35,353 bases of DNA from Octopus bimaculoides (taxonomy: Eukaryota): the NCBI RefSeq assembly GCF_001194135.2, contig NC_068982.1, forward strand, positions 64,636,899-64,672,251, read 5' to 3'. A program made the position numbers and the translations under genes. The notes beneath the pieces are model-generated. The model did no database searches. It was not told the origin of the DNA and was given only the letters and a program-made list of their open reading frames with translations. Below, one piece after another: positions 32,098-35,353 of the stretch (positions are counted from its first letter, which is position 1; each line of letters starts with the position of its first letter).

Positions 32098-32984
32098 AAC
32101 TTCCTTTCCTAAAAAGCATCTGTTACTTCCATCTGAGTTTTCCTATAATTCTTGGAAAATAAAAATAGAATTTTTTTTTTCTTTGATCTGTTGTTTTATT
32201 TTGTTAGATTTTGTCTTTTTGTTGATATTTTTTGGTGGATGAGGATATAGGGAAGAAATTGTAAAGTGGGGTGTTAGCTATGTTATGGAGTAAAGAAACC
32301 AATAAGTAGTTATTTTGCCTACTAGAAATAATAGCTCAGCCTACATCAAATTCTACACCTTGCTGTCTTAAAAAAGGAAGGAGACACTGGATAGTTTTAT
32401 CCTAAATATATAGAAAGATGAAATGGTTGCAGTCGGACAGGTCTGATCTAGTGCTTATCAGTAACAACAACATCAACAACCAGCTGTTATTTATAAACTA
32501 CATCAGAAAAATCATTACACTTAGGCAGACTGGCATTGATTAAATTTCTATTGACAACAATGTCCCCACTACTACCACCATCTTTCCCCCACTCTCTCTC
32601 AACACAATATAAAGTGGAAGCTCTCTTTCATTCATTCTCAGATTGTATGATCTTTTAATTCTTCCCATCAGTCTGGATTCCTTTATTTAATTATGAGCAA
32701 GGTCATTTGTTTGACCTCAACCAAAAGTCTTACTATCTTTCTCTCTCTTCTAATTTTCCATTTACCAAATCAATAAACACTGATTTTATCTCAGGGAAAT
32801 TTATAATACATAATATGCCACATCACTAGTTTATTATTTTTTATTACTTGAGATAGTTTAGTTTGTATTTTGTATCAATGATTCAATCATTTTGGCAATG
32901 TTAGGTTTGAATCTGACAATTTTACAGTATTCTAAGACTCTTCAGTTGAAAAATTTAATAAAATAACTTTGTTACTAAGCTCAG

Positions 32985-33068
32985 TCACTTGCACGTTAAT
33001 TTTACGAGCAAGCTGTTCCGTTTATCGTATCAGCTGGGACCCTCGTCGTTGTAACCCACGGAGTGCTC
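32985..33068 (+). mobile_element. 3' fragment of the SINE family seen at 29015-29393
   Basis: cacttgcacgttaattttacgagcaagctgttccgtttatcgtatcagctgggaccctcgtcg. Confidence 0.75.
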
Positions 33069-33606
33069 CTCTAGTCCAATACATGTTCCTTATCTCAAAA
33101 TGAATAAATTATTTATTACAGTATATAAGCTAGCAAGAACAGTTCAAAGACGACATCAAAATTGCAAACCCTTTTATTGTAATAACTTGAAAAGCAAGAG
33201 AGAAAGAGACCATACCTACATTACAGACAATTGCATCAAATCATTTTTGTTACAAATACTGAGTGGAATTAAGGTGGATGGGGGAAGTTTGAAGGGTGCT
33301 GTTGATCTCTTATAGATGTAATGATTTTTTCCCTAATAAATTAAAGAATATGGAAACAAGAACAGATACTGAAACATATACAATATCTTGGCTCTAGATC
33401 TGCATATCTTTTCATAACACTCTTTTTACAACCTCATTTTCTATTGATGTAATTGCCAAAGAGTCAAAGAATTTAATGTCTTGTTTCATAAGTAGCTGTA
33501 AACATGTTTTTATGAGTTTGCCCGAGGTGCTGGACAGTGGGGCTGAACCTGAAACCTACATTGTGCTAAAGCAGCCTTCCTAACCACACAGCCATAGCTA
33601 CACCTT

Positions 33607-33747
33607 CATCATCATCATCGTTTAACGTCCGTTTTCCATGCTAGCATGGGTTGGACGATTTGACTGATGACTGGTGAACCAGATGGCTACACCAGGCTCC
33701 AATCTGATTTGGCAGAGTTTCTACAGCTGGATGCCCTTCCTAACGCC
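33607..33747 (-). mobile_element. Short, near-consensus 5'-truncated RTE-LINE tail
   Basis: catcatcatcatcgtttaacgtccgttttccatgctagcatgggttggacg...cccttcctaacgcc. Confidence 0.85.
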
Positions 33748-34214
33748 TTGAATTAAATAAAAAAAGATATATATAAACCAGTTGAGCTAACAAAGGAGCC
33801 TCAATATAGTCTTTTGGCCTGCTAGAAATAGCAAGCAAATCACACCTTACCATCTTAGAAAAGAAAGTGTTCATTAGATATTTAGTCCTAGACATATTAT
33901 AACTGACAAATAGAAGAAAAAATGCAATGTTCATGACTAAAATAGCTAAAAACATATATCTACTTAACCATGGATGATCTGGGGTTAAACAACAACATAG
34001 TCCATGTCAGAAAAAATCATTTAGTAGATAACAAATATACTTGTTTATATGTTGTGGGTAGATACCACTGACTTCCTGCTGCCTATCTCCATTTAATTTT
34101 TAATCAATTTGAATTTTGGAGTTCTTTGCCTTGCTTTTTTTTTTCTCTCTTAGTTATGAGAATTGTCATTAACGCTAATGACTTTTCTTTCTGTTATGGT
34201 AAAAAAGGGTAGAG

Positions 34215-34493
34215 ACCTCTGGTCATAAATGACCATGGGATTGCACCTAGAAAGTTCCCCTCCAAGACACAATTCCAGGCAAGGTTGTTTATGGAAGACT
34301 AGCAGTTGCCCATGCATACCAGCCTCCCCTCTTCACACCACCAATGTTATCCAGGAGAAACACAAAGGCCAATACAGCTTGGCATCAGTGACATCACAAC
34401 TCATTTCTACAGATGAGTGAACTAGAACAACATGAAATAAAGTGTCTTGCTCAATAACACAGCACACAGCCTGATCCAGAAATTGAACTGATC
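34215..34493 (-). mobile_element. tRNA-headed SINE (family of 5306-5615), head truncated
   Basis: aaataaagtgtcttgctcaataacac and gaccatgggattgcacctagaaagtt are reverse complements of motifs in 5306-5615. Confidence 0.8.
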
Positions 34494-35014
34494 AAAAATT
34501 CCTTTTGGCTCACTGCAGCTACCTACCTTAAGTGCCATTTTGATGGCATAAAAGATATATAGACATAGTTGCATCCCAGTTTAAGCAGAGCATATTCAGG
34601 AAAAAGTTTTTAGAGCATTAAAGTTTATGGGAGGTACGACTTTACATATAGGACCCAGGGTGAATTTTGAGATACTTTATAGTTAAGTAATAGCTAATAA
34701 CCATTAAATATGACTATTAACTCTCACTTAACTATATGTTCTTCATGCAGAAGGTACTCCTGTAAAATTTTCTTATGTAACTGATACTAGGTTAGAGTTT
34801 TACATGGAAAATTGTTACAGATATGAAGAAAAAAATTAGTTTGTATTCTCTGTTTAATAAAATGAAATGCTCACTTTTGGCATTTATTGAGAGAGATATC
34901 TCTAATATTATGTGCAAACTAGAATTGATTTTAATGAAGGTTATGTGTTGCTGCAATGAAATCAGTTTTTAATTCAAATAATCTAAACAATATGAAATAC
35001 TTTACTATTATATC

Positions 35015-35353
35015 TGGTTGCGGGACAACCTGTTGAAAGCCACCGACCAGATTTGTGGGTGGTGTAAGGTCCCCTCCCGACCCAGAGTAACGTGGTGGTG
35101 GAACAAGGAGGTAGACAGGGCTATTAGACAAAAGAAACAGGCTTGGAAGGACTGGAAGAACGGTGGTAGCAGGGAATTGTACCAATGTGCCAGAAGGGAG
35201 GCTAGGCGACAGGTTTATTTAGCCAGAGGGGAAGCAGATAAGGAAAGATTTGCCAATGTTCTGCGCCGTGATGACCAAAGACTCGAGGTATTTCGTGTTG
35301 CAAGACAGTGTAGGAGAGAGAATAGTGATGTTGTAGGAGAGAAATGTGTTCGC
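35015..35353 (+). mobile_element. 5'-truncated RTE-clade LINE, stop-free ORF2 segment running off the window edge
   Basis: 35018-35353 gives 112 stop-free codons: LRDNLLKATDQICGWCKVPSRPRVTWWWNKEVDRAIRQKKQAWKDWKNGGSRELYQCARREARRQVYLARGEADKERFANVLRRDDQRLEVFRVARQCRRENSDVVGEKCVR (TWWWN..V..AI..KK..WK linker between APE and RT). Abrupt AT-rich to GC-richer junction at ~35015. Confidence 0.88.

Noticed and set aside
23472-35014. Candidate acceptors for the next oxidase exon (e.g. near 23568, 25329, 32642, 33400, 34520)
   Set aside because: None gives the expected xRVGGR continuation in phase 1; those translated hit stops quickly.
34931-35185. 84-aa minus-strand ORF
   Set aside because: Antisense shadow of the RTE ORF2 on the plus strand.

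Overview
AT-rich, repeat-dense eukaryotic genomic DNA. The SINE and RTE-LINE families look like those of octopus (my recollection, not a database hit). Two host genes lie on the + strand. (1) A complete four-exon survivin/BIRC5 gene: CDS 10932-11057, 15977-16086, 17311-17428, 18720-18800; 144 aa with one intact BIR domain. (2) The 5' end of a flavin-dependent amine oxidase (MAO-like), whose GxGxxG exon is 23357-23471; a possible in-frame upstream exon lies at 22550-22656 and no later exon was found in the window. The rest is transposon-derived: a decayed Helitron (Rep plus PIF1 helicase), about three RTE-clade LINE lineages including one stop-free copy at the right edge, a CRE-type retroelement relic with a restriction-like endonuclease, hAT-, Merlin- and Tc1-like MITEs, many tRNA-derived SINEs including a co-oriented array, a LINE-borne ~62-bp VNTR, and a degenerate minimal hammerhead ribozyme motif. 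Two N gaps are flanked by exact duplications that are probably assembly artefacts. Most ORFs in the supplied track are spurious. I found no evidence of a novel multi-gene system; the most interesting signals are RNA-structural and transposon-related. Repeat boundaries were read by eye and are approximate unless a TIR/TSD or splice site defines them.
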